A stretch of DNA of 56,462 nucleotides from Candidatus Kaiserbacteria bacterium (GCA_027083345.1 JALWOZ010000030.1:66977-123438); one strand, 5' to 3'; positions 46,508 through 55,666 are shown, counted from the stretch's first letter. Notes: generated by a model from the letters alone, not told the origin. Made by a program: numbers and translations.

Positions 46508-48448
46508 ATGAGTAAGTTAATAAATAGTTTGATTACAGGGATGAGTATACTTGTTTTGTGTACGGTATTTTTGGTCAATACTACAGAGGCTAGTACTAGA
46601 TTTTCTGTTACCCCAACTTCTGGGTCAGAGCCACTTACTGTAACTTTTACAGCTGAGGCATTTGCTAACTCTTGGACAGACTCAAATACCGGCAACATTG
46701 TGCAGATAGTAGACCGTGGTGATAGATATATTTCTTTTGGGGATGGAAGTAATGATGTTAAATTGACCTGTGTTAATCCAACAGCCAGCACATGTCAAGT
46801 ACAGATATCTCACATATACTCAAGTAAGGGCACTTTTAATGCGTCTTTATTTACGGCGGGGTATTATGGGATCAAGAATGATGATAAGTATGGTACTAAA
46901 AGTATTGTTGAGTCATTAAGTATAGTAGTTGGAGGTAATGTGCTCACTGGACAATACACATCTTGTGTTGATGCCAAAGAGAAGGGTAATAACAATAGCG
47001 GGCAGTATAACATAATAGGATTAGGATCTGTGTATTGCGACATGGCTACCAATGGTGGGGGTTGGACCGGCATAACTCCAGAGATAGCCCATCGTAATTT
47101 AGGTGGTACTCTGACTATACTAGAGGGTAATGGTACTGTAAACAGTGGGTTCAGCTCAGATAGGCCGTATACTCAAGATGGTGCGGGCGGGCATACAGCT
47201 TATTATACTTTTAAGCTACCCTTTATGGTTAAAGAGTTTTATCTTAAGGACTATGTAATTATGTCTAATGCTGGACCCAATGATGCCTCAGATATAGATC
47301 CTAATAAATTTACTCAAACATCTTGGAGCGATGCTAATGGCTCTAGTGTCGGAGATGTGTCTTTTGGGTTTGCAAATGATTCTGGTCCTGTCGCTAGTTT
47401 TGCTAGAGAGCTTAATGGGGAGACTCTGCGTAGTTTTAAAGAGACTGTGGCGTGGCCCAGCTCTAATAAGGTATTTACTGGCGCGGGCAGTAAGGATTTT
47501 AGGATAGGTTGGGGAGACGAAGGTTTGCCTAGTGAAGGTTGGTATCCGTGGTGGAGTGGGCTTATAATGGTTAGAGAGAGGAGACCCTCAACTACTGTTA
47601 TAGGTACCGTTAAGATTATGTCTCCAACCGGCGGTGTTACAATTACTTCTACCAATCCTTTAATAGAAGGTTCCGGAGTGCCCAACAATACGGTAGTAGT
47701 TAAATCCGTACATAAGCTTTGTAATGCCGTGGTTAATAGTATAGGTAGATGGTCTTGTACATTGCAGGGTTTAGCGCCAGGTTCGTATAATATAGTAGCT
47801 TATCAATACACTCAGGCAGGAGCTCCTAATGGAGTAAGTACGGCCGGTTTTGTTATAAAGCAAGCCAATAATACAGGATTATGTACACAAGAGATTACGA
47901 GTTATATGAAGATTGGACAATATAATGATCCAGCTCAAGTTAAAAAATTACAGGAGTATCTAAACAGTAGAGAAGGTGAGCGTCTAGCAGTTACAGGAGT
48001 GTTCGATTTTACCACAGAGGCAGCAGTTAAGAGGTATCAACAGAAGTATGCAAGAGACATATTGTATCCTTGGGGTATGTATCAGCCTAGTGGTTATGTG
48101 TACAAAACAACAATAAATCATATAAATAGACAATTATGTTCTGGTCAAATACAGTGTCCTGTATTTACTCAATACTACAAGCGAGGTCAATATGGTGGAG
48201 AGATAGGCAAGATACAGAGCTTTTTAAAGTCTTATGGGTATTATAGTGGTCCGATAACAGGTTACTTTGATTGGGCTACTGATGCCGGGATTAAGGCCTT
48301 TCAAGAGGAGTTTAGGCCTATGGTACTAACTCCTTGGAATCTTGCGGCACCAACAGGCAATTGGTATAAGACTAGTCGTAAACAAGCTAATTGGCTACAG
48401 GGTTGTTATGAACAGGTAACACTAGAGGGGGTGGGACTTACATTTTAG
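46508..48448 (+). CDS. secreted multidomain protein: PKD-like, fibrinogen-like YCDxxxxGGGW, Ig-like, and 2x peptidoglycan-binding domains
   Basis: Start at ATG 46508 (MSKLINSLITGMSILVLCTVFLVNTTEA). 'FSVTPTSGSEPLTVTFTAEA' (PKD-like). 'CVDAKEKGNNNSGQYNIIGLGSVYCDMATNGGGWTGI' (fibrinogen-related signature). 'QVKKLQEYLN...VTGVFDFTTEAAVKRYQ' and 'EIGKIQSFLK...ITGYFDWATDAGIKAFQ' (PG_binding_1-like). Confidence 0.7.
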   Translation: MSKLINSLITGMSILVLCTVFLVNTTEASTRFSVTPTSGSEPLTVTFTAEAFANSWTDSNTGNIVQIVDRGDRYISFGDGSNDVKLTCVNPTASTCQVQISHIYSSKGTFNASLFTAGYYGIKNDDKYGTKSIVESLSIVVGGNVLTGQYTSCVDAKEKGNNNSGQYNIIGLGSVYCDMATNGGGWTGITPEIAHRNLGGTLTILEGNGTVNSGFSSDRPYTQDGAGGHTAYYTFKLPFMVKEFYLKDYVIMSNAGPNDASDIDPNKFTQTSWSDANGSSVGDVSFGFANDSGPVASFARELNGETLRSFKETVAWPSSNKVFTGAGSKDFRIGWGDEGLPSEGWYPWWSGLIMVRERRPSTTVIGTVKIMSPTGGVTITSTNPLIEGSGVPNNTVVVKSVHKLCNAVVNSIGRWSCTLQGLAPGSYNIVAYQYTQAGAPNGVSTAGFVIKQANNTGLCTQEITSYMKIGQYNDPAQVKKLQEYLNSREGERLAVTGVFDFTTEAAVKRYQQKYARDILYPWGMYQPSGYVYKTTINHINRQLCSGQIQCPVFTQYYKRGQYGGEIGKIQSFLKSYGYYSGPITGYFDWATDAGIKAFQEEFRPMVLTPWNLAAPTGNWYKTSRKQANWLQGCYEQVTLEGVGLTF

Positions 48449-49697
48449 CCAGCTCTTCTCTTATAGTCTCTGCGTCATTCCAAGGTATTTCTTTACCGTT
48501 TACGGTGCGACTTGTATAATGCCCCATACCTGCAACTACTACAACATCTCCATCTGAGGCTTTAGATAGGGCGTATCTTATAGCCTCTCTTCTGTCTTGT
48601 ATATTTATGTAGTCTCCTTTGTTTTTTGCCGCTTTTATATATTCTATGAGATTTTTGCGTATCTTGTTAGGGTTTCCATCATAAGGTTCATCATCGGTTA
48701 CTATTGCTAAGTCAGATCCCTCAGCAACCGCTTTGGCTAAGCCAGGGTGTACAGATGAGTCGTGTTGCCCACCAGTAGCTCCAAATACGACTATTACCTG
48801 ATTATTTTTAGCAAGTTCTCTAGCTGTGTTTAGAGCACTTTGCATAGCTCGTTGTGTTAGGGCAAAGTCTACAATGGCTAGTATATTATGATTTAGGGAC
48901 TCTCGTATGATTTGCATTCTACCAAGTATACCGTCAAAATTTTTTAAAGCTTTTAATGATTTGTCTACATTAATATTGTTAATTGTTTGATGTATTGCTA
49001 ATGCTGAGGCTACAGCATTACCCGCATTGTACGTTCCTAACATAGGCATTGAATAAGCAATGTTGCCATAAGTAAAACTCGTTCCCTCTATGCTTGTTGT
49101 AGCTTTTGGTTGGTTATATGCCACCGCATTGGTAAATTCCTTAAGCCATTTATTGCCGTACTTGTCTTCCGTTGGCAGTATTGCTACACCGTCTTTTTTT
49201 AAATATTTGGTAAATAGTAGCTTCTTAGCATTTGCGTATCTTTTTAAGGTTTTGTGATAATTAAGATGTTCGTGCGTAATGTTTGTTAATATGGCTGTAT
49301 CAAATTTTAATCCTAATATACGCCATTGTACAAGAGAGTGAGAGGATACCTCTATAACTGCTACCCTTGCTTTTTGGTTAATAGCTTGTTTCAACAATCT
49401 CCTTAATTGCCATAGTGAAGGCGTTGTGCGTTTGCTTGTAGAGATTACGGATTCATCAATCTTAACATCAATACTTGAGGAGCTTAAATAAGAGATGTTA
49501 AGCTCTTTTAATATATGAGACAGCATCTCGACTGTAGTTGTCTTGCCATCTGTACCGGTTACTCCTATGAGCTTTATTTTTTTTATATCAACAGGTATTA
49601 AAAGACGCGCATATATTTGTTGTAGTCTGGTATACCACAACCTTAAAGGGGAGTTATGAGGGATTACCCTCCTCAAATAGCGTATAAAGTCTCTCAT
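48438..49697 (-). CDS. murE: Mur ligase, most like UDP-MurNAc-L-Ala-D-Glu:diamino acid ligase MurE (short N-terminus)
   Basis: 'IGVTGTDGKTTTVEML', 'VTDDEPYDGNP', 'DVVVVAGMGHYTSRTVNGKEIPWND'. 11-nt convergent overlap with the previous gene. Confidence 0.65.
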   Translation of the reverse strand: MRDFIRYLRRVIPHNSPLRLWYTRLQQIYARLLIPVDIKKIKLIGVTGTDGKTTTVEMLSHILKELNISYLSSSSIDVKIDESVISTSKRTTPSLWQLRRLLKQAINQKARVAVIEVSSHSLVQWRILGLKFDTAILTNITHEHLNYHKTLKRYANAKKLLFTKYLKKDGVAILPTEDKYGNKWLKEFTNAVAYNQPKATTSIEGTSFTYGNIAYSMPMLGTYNAGNAVASALAIHQTINNINVDKSLKALKNFDGILGRMQIIRESLNHNILAIVDFALTQRAMQSALNTARELAKNNQVIVVFGATGGQHDSSVHPGLAKAVAEGSDLAIVTDDEPYDGNPNKIRKNLIEYIKAAKNKGDYINIQDRREAIRYALSKASDGDVVVVAGMGHYTSRTVNGKEIPWNDAETIREELAKM

Positions 49698-49704
49698 AGT
49701 GTAG

Positions 49705-50274
49705 TTAATTTATTAATTTTAGTGCTTCTGCAACTCTAGCATTTAACCCTTTGGTCTCTCCAGATATTTGTTTTATAGCTTCTCTAGCTTCTGATTGCTT
49801 GTAGCCCATAGCCTCTAAGGCTTCCATAACACTAGCATCTTCAGAGGTTGATCCTCTTTGTGTTGCTATGTTGCCAACCTTGTCTTTTAGTTCTAACACA
49901 ATCTTTTGGGCTATTTTTTTACCGATTCCGGATACTTTTGTTAGTATGGTTATGTCGTTTTCTATTATAGCATTTTGTAGAGTGGGGACATCTGATAATG
50001 ATAGGATCAATAATGCTGACTTTGGTCCAACTCCTGATATGTTTATAAGTAAATTAAAAAAATGCTTTTCATCAAGAGTCGTAAATCCATATAAGTCTAA
50101 TGCGGTTTCTCTAACAACTGTGTGTATGTATAGGTGGAGCTTGTCGTTTATGGTTAAGTTAGATATTGTAGAGACGGGAACAAATACTACATAACCTACA
50201 TTATTGACATTTAAAAGTATGTTATTTGCTATTATATCTACGTGTTGTATAGAGCCGGTTAGTGATCCAATCAT
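49705..50274 (-). CDS. ruvA: Holliday junction DNA helicase subunit RuvA
   Basis: Start set at ATG 50274 (MIGSLTGSIQHVD...). HhH motifs 'ISGVGPKSALLILS' and 'VSGIGKKIAQKIVLEL'. The listed upstream extension is hydrophobic junk. Confidence 0.88.
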   Translation of the reverse strand: MIGSLTGSIQHVDIIANNILLNVNNVGYVVFVPVSTISNLTINDKLHLYIHTVVRETALDLYGFTTLDEKHFFNLLINISGVGPKSALLILSLSDVPTLQNAIIENDITILTKVSGIGKKIAQKIVLELKDKVGNIATQRGSTSEDASVMEALEAMGYKQSEAREAIKQISGETKGLNARVAEALKLIN

Positions 50275-50339
50275 TAGCTTAATAATAACAGAGGTTGCGT
50301 AAGACGCAAAATTGTGTAGAATTGCGCACATAAAACAAT

Positions 50340-50603
50340 ATGGCAACATCAAAATCAGCAAAAAAGAGTTATAAACAAGCAAACCGTAAAAGGGTTTTAA
50401 ATCTGCGTGTTTTAAGAAATTTAAAGTCTTCCGTAAAAGAGGTTAAGGATGCTATACAGAAAAAAGACATTAAAACTGCTGAGTCTATAATCCCAAAAGT
50501 TTATAAGAGTATAGATAAGGCTTCTAAGAGAGGTATAATAAAAAAGAATAACGCTTCTCGCAAAAAGTCTCGTATAATGGCGGCAATAGCTAAACTTAAA
50601 TAA
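50340..50603 (+). CDS. rpsT: 30S ribosomal protein S20
   Basis: 'SAKKSYKQANRKRVLNLRVLRNLKSSVK...ASKRGIIKKNNASRKKSR' is the S20 pattern. Confidence 0.9.
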   Translation: MATSKSAKKSYKQANRKRVLNLRVLRNLKSSVKEVKDAIQKKDIKTAESIIPKVYKSIDKASKRGIIKKNNASRKKSRIMAAIAKLK

Positions 50604-50632
50604 AACTGACTCTAGAGTCGGTTTTATTTTTT
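50602..50632 (+). terminator. intrinsic terminator after rpsT
   Basis: aaaactgac / gtcggtttt stem (one G-U pair), loop tctaga, then a T-rich tail (attttt). Confidence 0.7.
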
Positions 50633-50756
50633 AGTCGTTGCCCTACTACGCACTTCGTGTTTCGAAGGACTACTACTCACCGCCATACAATCTAGATGAA
50701 CATAGAAAAAGAGAGTGTTGTGCACCTCGAAGCTTTTATTTGTAAAAGCGTAGTAG

Positions 50757-50828
50757 TGCTCCCGTTAGGAGTCGAACCTAAATCGCAGGTACCGCAAACC
50801 TGTATTCTATCCATTGAACTACGGGAGC
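50757..50828 (-). tRNA. tRNA-Arg (anticodon GCG as read)
   Basis: Hand-folded cloverleaf: acceptor GCTCCCG/CGGGAGC, anticodon arm CAGGT-TTGCGGT-ACCTG, T arm TTAGG-TTCGACT-CCTAA. 72 nt. Confidence 0.75.
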
Positions 50829-50854
50829 AATGCACAGACTATACCAGAGTTTTA

Positions 50855-51343
50855 TTAAAAACCAAATAATTCAGCTATCCTTGAGGCAGGGGATTCATAC
50901 AACTCTACCTCAGGTAAATAATCCAAAAGCAAGTCTTGTAGAGCGTCTTTGTCTAAAGACTCTGGCAGTAATATTGCTATGTGTGGCACAAGAGGTTTGC
51001 GAGTGTCTAACAGTAGAAGGTCTTTTTTAGGATGAGTTTCATCTATCCAAAAAGCCTCTAATTTTGTGTAGGGATGTAGTTGTCCATTTATTGTTACACC
51101 CCTTATGCCAACAGAATAGTTGTTCTTTCGAGGTTCTTGATTTGCAGACATCGCAATAACTCCCGCAGCTAATAAAATAAGTATTCCAAATAAAACATTA
51201 CCTAATATTATTGACGCTATCGCACTAAAGACCGAGATAACCCCAAGAGACCAAAACCAATCTTGACCTTTGGTGGGTTTATGAATGTCTTCATAAGAAC
51301 TCCACTCTATAGTCCTTTTGATTTTTGAGTTATCCTCACTCAT
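50855..51343 (-). CDS. membrane protein (2 TM plus a soluble C-terminal domain), unknown function
   Basis: 'WFWSLGVISVFSAIASIILGNVLFGILILLAAGVIAM'. 6 nt downstream of the pilin gene on the same strand. Confidence 0.55.
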   Translation of the reverse strand: MSEDNSKIKRTIEWSSYEDIHKPTKGQDWFWSLGVISVFSAIASIILGNVLFGILILLAAGVIAMSANQEPRKNNYSVGIRGVTINGQLHPYTKLEAFWIDETHPKKDLLLLDTRKPLVPHIAILLPESLDKDALQDLLLDYLPEVELYESPASRIAELFGF

Positions 51344-51349
51344 TTTATG

Positions 51350-51769
51350 TTACGGTGTTTTAGAATTGTTGCATCCTTGACTATAATTAGGTATTGAGTT
51401 GGTTTCTAAACAAAAGTATATGGTAAAGTCGGTGCCCAAATTGTTCGTAATGTATGTGTAGGCATAGTCAGGATACAAGGGGTCTGTGGGCATTTTATTT
51501 ATTGCATTATCTCCAATTAGTTTGCTAGAGACGTTGTCGCTACCTGTTATGGTTGTCGTAGCTACGGCTATCGGTACTCTGCCATGCCCTGTCTGATAGA
51601 TTTGTAGGGCTTTAAAGATGGCATTAATATCTGTTATGCGGCGGGTATCACGACTCTTTTTTTGTATATGTCCCATACCGGCTAAGATAAGAGAACTAAG
51701 TAATGCTATAATTGTTAGCACTACCAATAGCTCTATAAGAGTAAAACCTTTTTTGTAGTTCTCATGCAT
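51350..51769 (-). CDS. type IV pilin / pseudopilin with a prepilin N-terminal methylation motif
   Basis: 'KKGFTLIELLVVLTIIALLSSLILAG' is the class III signal, with cleavage expected after Gly. Confidence 0.88.
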   Translation of the reverse strand: MHENYKKGFTLIELLVVLTIIALLSSLILAGMGHIQKKSRDTRRITDINAIFKALQIYQTGHGRVPIAVATTTITGSDNVSSKLIGDNAINKMPTDPLYPDYAYTYITNNLGTDFTIYFCLETNSIPNYSQGCNNSKTP

Positions 51770-51916
51770 ATAAATAGTATAATAGAAAAATATTTAATAA
51801 CTATATGCAATGATGCTCCCTGTTGATAAGTTGTGAGTGTTTGTTGGAGTATCTAGATTGGAGCGGAGCAAAGTCCCGCTCCAAATTCAGCCGAAAACGC
51901 AAAAATTCAAAATTTG

Positions 51917-52001
51917 CGGAGAGGACAGGATTCGAACCTGCGGTACCTTGCGATACTCCGGTTTTCAAGACCGGTGCTTTCAACCACTCAGCCACCTCTC
52001 C
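51917..52001 (-). tRNA. tRNA-Ser (anticodon UGA)
   Basis: GGAGAGG acceptor, D arm GGCTGAGTGGTTGAAAGC, anticodon arm CCGGT-CTTGAAA-ACCGG, long variable arm, T loop TTCGAAT. 85 nt. Confidence 0.88.
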
Positions 52002-52103
52002 GAGAACCATAGTACAGTTAAATATATTTTTTTCAAGCTATTGGTATTTATATAAGATTGCTTTTGGTTGTGGATATGATATTTTAAACTTAGATCATAA
52101 GCT

Positions 52104-52634
52104 ATGGAGGATAAGAGTATGAATAAGAATAAAGATATTCAAATTCCAGAAGACTTTCTTTTGGATATAAACGGCAAGTTGTGGTTGCCTGGAAATGTTT
52201 TCTTTGCTGATGCATGGCGATTGGCAAAAAAGTTGAGAGCTGACTTCAAAAACTACCCTCATATATATTGCTTAGCCAGAGGGGGTTACTCTTTTGGCTC
52301 TGTTGTGGGTAACTGTTTTGAGAGGAATGATATTCCTTCTCTTATGGTGAAATCCTATGCTGGGGAAGAGAGTGGAGAGTTAACAATAAATAGTGAGATT
52401 CCCTTGGAACTATTGCAGAGCGGTGGCAAAGATATGCTCATCTTGGACGACCTTTTTGATACTGGTAAAACGGTGCGGAGGTTAAAGGAGATTCTCCCGA
52501 ATGCAATCTTTGCTGCGGTATATGCGAAACCCCAAGGAGAGGTGGTCGCTGACTTTTTTCTCCGGAGAGTGCCGGACATTTGGATTGTATTTCCTTGGGA
52601 GGGAGATATGAGAGACTTTGTCTCGGCTTCGTAA
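52104..52634 (+). CDS. gpt: xanthine-guanine phosphoribosyltransferase-like PRTase
   Basis: 'MLILDDLFDTGKTV' (PRPP loop) and 'AAVYAKPQGEVVADFFLRRVPDIWIVFPWE' are colinear with Gpt. An alternative start exists at 52119. Confidence 0.75.
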   Translation: MEDKSMNKNKDIQIPEDFLLDINGKLWLPGNVFFADAWRLAKKLRADFKNYPHIYCLARGGYSFGSVVGNCFERNDIPSLMVKSYAGEESGELTINSEIPLELLQSGGKDMLILDDLFDTGKTVRRLKEILPNAIFAAVYAKPQGEVVADFFLRRVPDIWIVFPWEGDMRDFVSAS

Positions 52635-52652
52635 TTCGCTTTTGATATTTTT

Positions 52653-52686
52653 GACACCGCCCAATGATATGGGCGGTGTCTTTTTG
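52653..52686 (+). terminator. intrinsic terminator after gpt
   Basis: gacaccgccc (52653-52662) pairs with gggcggtgtc (52671-52680), followed by tttttg. Confidence 0.85.
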
Positions 52687-52747
52687 TTGTAGTAATTATT
52701 ATTTGTGTATTGTATAACATGATATGTAGTGTATCCTTTAAAATAAT

Positions 52748-53194
52748 ATGAAATACATAGGCATAGATTATGGCACTAAAAAGGTTGGTGTAGCTATTAG
52801 TGAAGGTGTTGTAGCCTTACCCAAGGAGGTGCTTGTTAACGATGCTGATTTGGTGAGCGTGATAAGTGGTTATATAGAAGATGGTGGAGTGGAGGCCATT
52901 GTGGTTGGTAAATCAATGACATTAAGTGGAGGTCTAAATAATTTGGCATTAGAGGTAGAGGATTTTATTAAGAAGTTAAAGTCTATTACAAAAGCAGAGT
53001 TTGATGTGTATTATGAGGATGAGAGATATACAACTAAACAAGCCCGCACATTGCCACAAGAGGGAGTTAGTAGAGGAGAAGTGGCTAACAAAAGATTAAA
53101 TAAAAATATTAGTGCCAATGGGTCTTTGGCTGATGCTCAAGCGGCTACTATAATTTTACAGAGTTTTTTAGACAAACAAAATAATTTAAGTTAA
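52748..53194 (+). CDS. ruvX: YqgF/RuvX-type putative pre-16S rRNA nuclease
   Basis: 'MKYIGIDYGTKKVGVAIS' and 'EDERYTTKQA'. Confidence 0.85.
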   Translation: MKYIGIDYGTKKVGVAISEGVVALPKEVLVNDADLVSVISGYIEDGGVEAIVVGKSMTLSGGLNNLALEVEDFIKKLKSITKAEFDVYYEDERYTTKQARTLPQEGVSRGEVANKRLNKNISANGSLADAQAATIILQSFLDKQNNLS

Positions 53195-53204
53195 ACTATG
53201 TATT

Positions 53205-53561
53205 ATGAAGATTAAAGATGAAATATCATATGAGGATTTTGCAAAATTAGATATTAGAGTAGGTTTAATTAAGAGTGCCGAGATGGTTCCGGACACAGAT
53301 AAACTTATAAAATGTATAATAGACTTTGGAGAAGATATTGGCGAAAGAGTTATAGTCTCGGGTATAAGAGAATGGTATGAACCAGAGGATTTAGTAGGTA
53401 AAAGGTTGCCATATTTGATAAATCTTGCACCACGCAATTTAAGAGGAGTTGTTAGTGAGGGTATGTTATTAGCCGGGTCGATTATAAAAGATTCAGGAGA
53501 TAAGGACCTGGCACTAATGGAGTTATCTGCAGGAGTACCGCAAGGTACCACTATTGGATAG
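53205..53561 (+). CDS. tRNA-binding domain protein (CsaA/Trbp111/EMAP-like)
   Basis: 'LDIRVGLIKSAEMVPDTDKLIKCIIDFGE...RVIVSGIREWYEPEDLVGKRLPYLINLAPRNLRGVVSEGMLLA'. Confidence 0.85.
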   Translation: MKIKDEISYEDFAKLDIRVGLIKSAEMVPDTDKLIKCIIDFGEDIGERVIVSGIREWYEPEDLVGKRLPYLINLAPRNLRGVVSEGMLLAGSIIKDSGDKDLALMELSAGVPQGTTIG

Positions 53562-53611
53562 TTATATATGGGTATATTTTTATATTAAATTGTAACTATT
53601 TGGTATAATAA

Positions 53612-54598
53612 ATGCCAATGGCTAATAAAACACATAAAATAAATCCATTATCTAGCTGGGTTATTGATGCTTTCCCAACTCCTAAATATATGAGGATGCC
53701 ATCGGCAGCTATAGATATTTCTCCCAACTCTGTTAAATATTTAGATAGTAGATACACATCTAAAGGGGTCCTACCGACTGGGTTTAAGGAAGTATTTTTA
53801 CCAGAAGGTACTATAGTAGATGGCGTTATAGATGATGAGAGAGCTTTTGTGGAGGCCCTTAATGAGTTGAGGCAACATAGTAAGCACCAATTTGTATTTG
53901 TGTCTATGCCTGAGAGCGCTCTATATTTGTATACTATGGTTGTAAACAGAGGCTTAAATCGCAATAACATATTACAACAAATAGAGTTTTCATTTGCAGA
54001 TAATGTACCTATCAACATAGAGGAGGCGGTTTACGACTTCGATATTATAGGAGAGTCTAGAGAGGGTGTCGCAATTAGTGTTACAGTAGCTCCCAGAGCT
54101 GTAGTAGAGGACTATCACAAAGCATTAAATGAGGCAGGGTTTGTTACAAGATCTTTAGAGTTAGAGGCCTATGCCATAACTCGCAGTGTATATACTTGTG
54201 ATGTAGCAGGAGCAGTGGAGATGATAGTGGATGTTGGGCATACTAGAGCTGGTATAATAATTGCAAAGAGCGGATTACCGATCTTTAGTATTACTGTAAA
54301 AGGAGGCAAGGATATGCTCAATAAGGTTGTTGATGAGTGTAAAAAACAATATACCTTTTGGGATACACAGACAAATACAAAAGGTAGGAGGGTAGATCGT
54401 ATTAAAAAAGTTTTAATTTGTGGAGGGGCCGCAGAGGAGATTTTAGAGCCTTTAGAGAAGAGGTTAGGAGTGCATATAGCATACGCAAATGTGTGGCAAC
54501 ACCTATTTGATATAAATGATTTTATCCCTGACATAACCTTCCACCAGTCGTTGACTACCGCAACATTGGCGGGGCTCCTATTAAATAATAAGATATAA
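53612..54598 (+). CDS. pilM: PilM-like actin-fold type IV pilus assembly protein
   Basis: 328 aa. 'AAIDISPNSVKYL', 'LELEAYAITRSV', 'KVLICGGAAEE'. Followed by two bitopic proteins, as in pilMNO. Confidence 0.6.
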   Translation: MPMANKTHKINPLSSWVIDAFPTPKYMRMPSAAIDISPNSVKYLDSRYTSKGVLPTGFKEVFLPEGTIVDGVIDDERAFVEALNELRQHSKHQFVFVSMPESALYLYTMVVNRGLNRNNILQQIEFSFADNVPINIEEAVYDFDIIGESREGVAISVTVAPRAVVEDYHKALNEAGFVTRSLELEAYAITRSVYTCDVAGAVEMIVDVGHTRAGIIIAKSGLPIFSITVKGGKDMLNKVVDECKKQYTFWDTQTNTKGRRVDRIKKVLICGGAAEEILEPLEKRLGVHIAYANVWQHLFDINDFIPDITFHQSLTTATLAGLLLNNKI

Positions 54599-54604
54599 AG
54601 CAGT

Positions 54605-55147
54605 ATGACGAATATACTACCTCCAGAAATTAAGAAGATATTAGAATGGCAAAGGATGTTGCGCAGAGTTATTGTGTTTATGGTGGTTGGATTACTTGGT
54701 ATACTCCTTGCTTTTGCTTCAATTGTGCCTATGTATGTTTATGTACACATAATAAAACTCGGTGTAAGTGATAAGTTAACGTATAAAGATGTAGATATAA
54801 GTACAAAAAGACAAGAGGTATCAAAGAGACTTAATAATGCCAAAAAGTTAGTAACCACCACTTATAGTATGTCTAAGATGCCAGATACAAAGATTTTATT
54901 AGATAGTATCTTTGACTCTATGTCGAAGATAAAAGATATTGATATACGATCTATACATTTAGTGGGTGATATGGAGAAATATCAATATTTAATAAGAGTA
55001 TCCGGCGTCTCTAAGAGTCGTGAGGGAGTTGTTATGGCCAGAGATCTTTTGCGTGATGATGGGTTTGACATTGTAGACTTCCCAATAAGTAATTTAACTC
55101 TGCGGGGAGGAGGTTATAATTTTGTTATAGAAGTAAAAGCAAAATAG
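54605..55147 (+). CDS. pilN: PilN-like bitopic protein
   Basis: 'NILPPEIKK...' followed by a single TM 'VIVFMVVGLLGILLAFASIV'. Position after pilM. Confidence 0.5.
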   Translation: MTNILPPEIKKILEWQRMLRRVIVFMVVGLLGILLAFASIVPMYVYVHIIKLGVSDKLTYKDVDISTKRQEVSKRLNNAKKLVTTTYSMSKMPDTKILLDSIFDSMSKIKDIDIRSIHLVGDMEKYQYLIRVSGVSKSREGVVMARDLLRDDGFDIVDFPISNLTLRGGGYNFVIEVKAK

Positions 55148-55666
55148 ATGAACAAAATAGGATTACAAAAAAATATAAGTACTGCAGTCGCATTATTATC
55201 AATGATAGTATTTTTCTCATTTTTATGGTTTTTTTGGGTTAGTGCTTCTAAGATATATACAGATTTGATTGTGATTAATAGCAATAGTAATCCTTCAGGA
55301 GCTAAGTTGCAGTCTATGCGTAAAGAGCTAAGATATGTGTCTAAAGATATTGTTTTATTAAAAAGCTTAACCGTCGAGGAAGGCCAGATTCCCGCACTTT
55401 TAAATACGATAGAGAGAATGGGCAACAAGGGGGTCGGAGTATCTGTACAGTCAGTAGATCTTATAAAAGGTGATGAACTTGTTGAAATATCAATATCTCT
55501 TGCCGGGAACCTAAAAGATGTTAGGGAGGCTATGGATGATATTATTTCTATGAAATACGCAATATCTCCTAACTCTATAGACATCAGGCCTCAGGAGTCT
55601 TTTGATGAACCTTCAAATAATTGGAATGTAAATTTAAGCATAAGGTTGCCTCTGATTAAAAATTAA
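55148..55666 (+). CDS. pilO: PilO-like bitopic protein
   Basis: Single N-terminal TM 'TAVALLSMIVFFSFLWFFWV'. Start abuts the pilN-like stop. The call is mainly positional. Confidence 0.4.
   Translation: MNKIGLQKNISTAVALLSMIVFFSFLWFFWVSASKIYTDLIVINSNSNPSGAKLQSMRKELRYVSKDIVLLKSLTVEEGQIPALLNTIERMGNKGVGVSVQSVDLIKGDELVEISISLAGNLKDVREAMDDIISMKYAISPNSIDIRPQESFDEPSNNWNVNLSIRLPLIKN

Noticed and set aside
48438-48448. 11-nt convergent overlap of the fibrinogen-like gene and murE as a regulatory feature
   Set aside because: Short convergent overlaps are common in compact genomes, and nothing further was seen here.
50633-50756. Possible small RNA between rpsT and tRNA-Arg: CTACTAC occurs three times, ctactacgc (50643-51) pairs with gcgtagtag (50748-56), and there is a hairpin cttcg-tgttt-cgaag
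   Set aside because: The helices are short and non-nested, and no promoter or known motif was found. It is more likely tRNA 3' trailer or terminator structure. It would only be worth a look if an Rfam scan hits.
52002-52103. Purine riboswitch upstream of gpt (the shared UGGAUAUG string)
   Set aside because: The P2/P3 helices and the conserved UUUCUACC and CCGUAAAU elements are absent. The resemblance is limited to one octamer.
51801-52122. ORFs 51801-52010(-), 51823-52122(+) and 51837-52055(+)
   Set aside because: All of them overlap the tRNA-Ser gene and its flanks.
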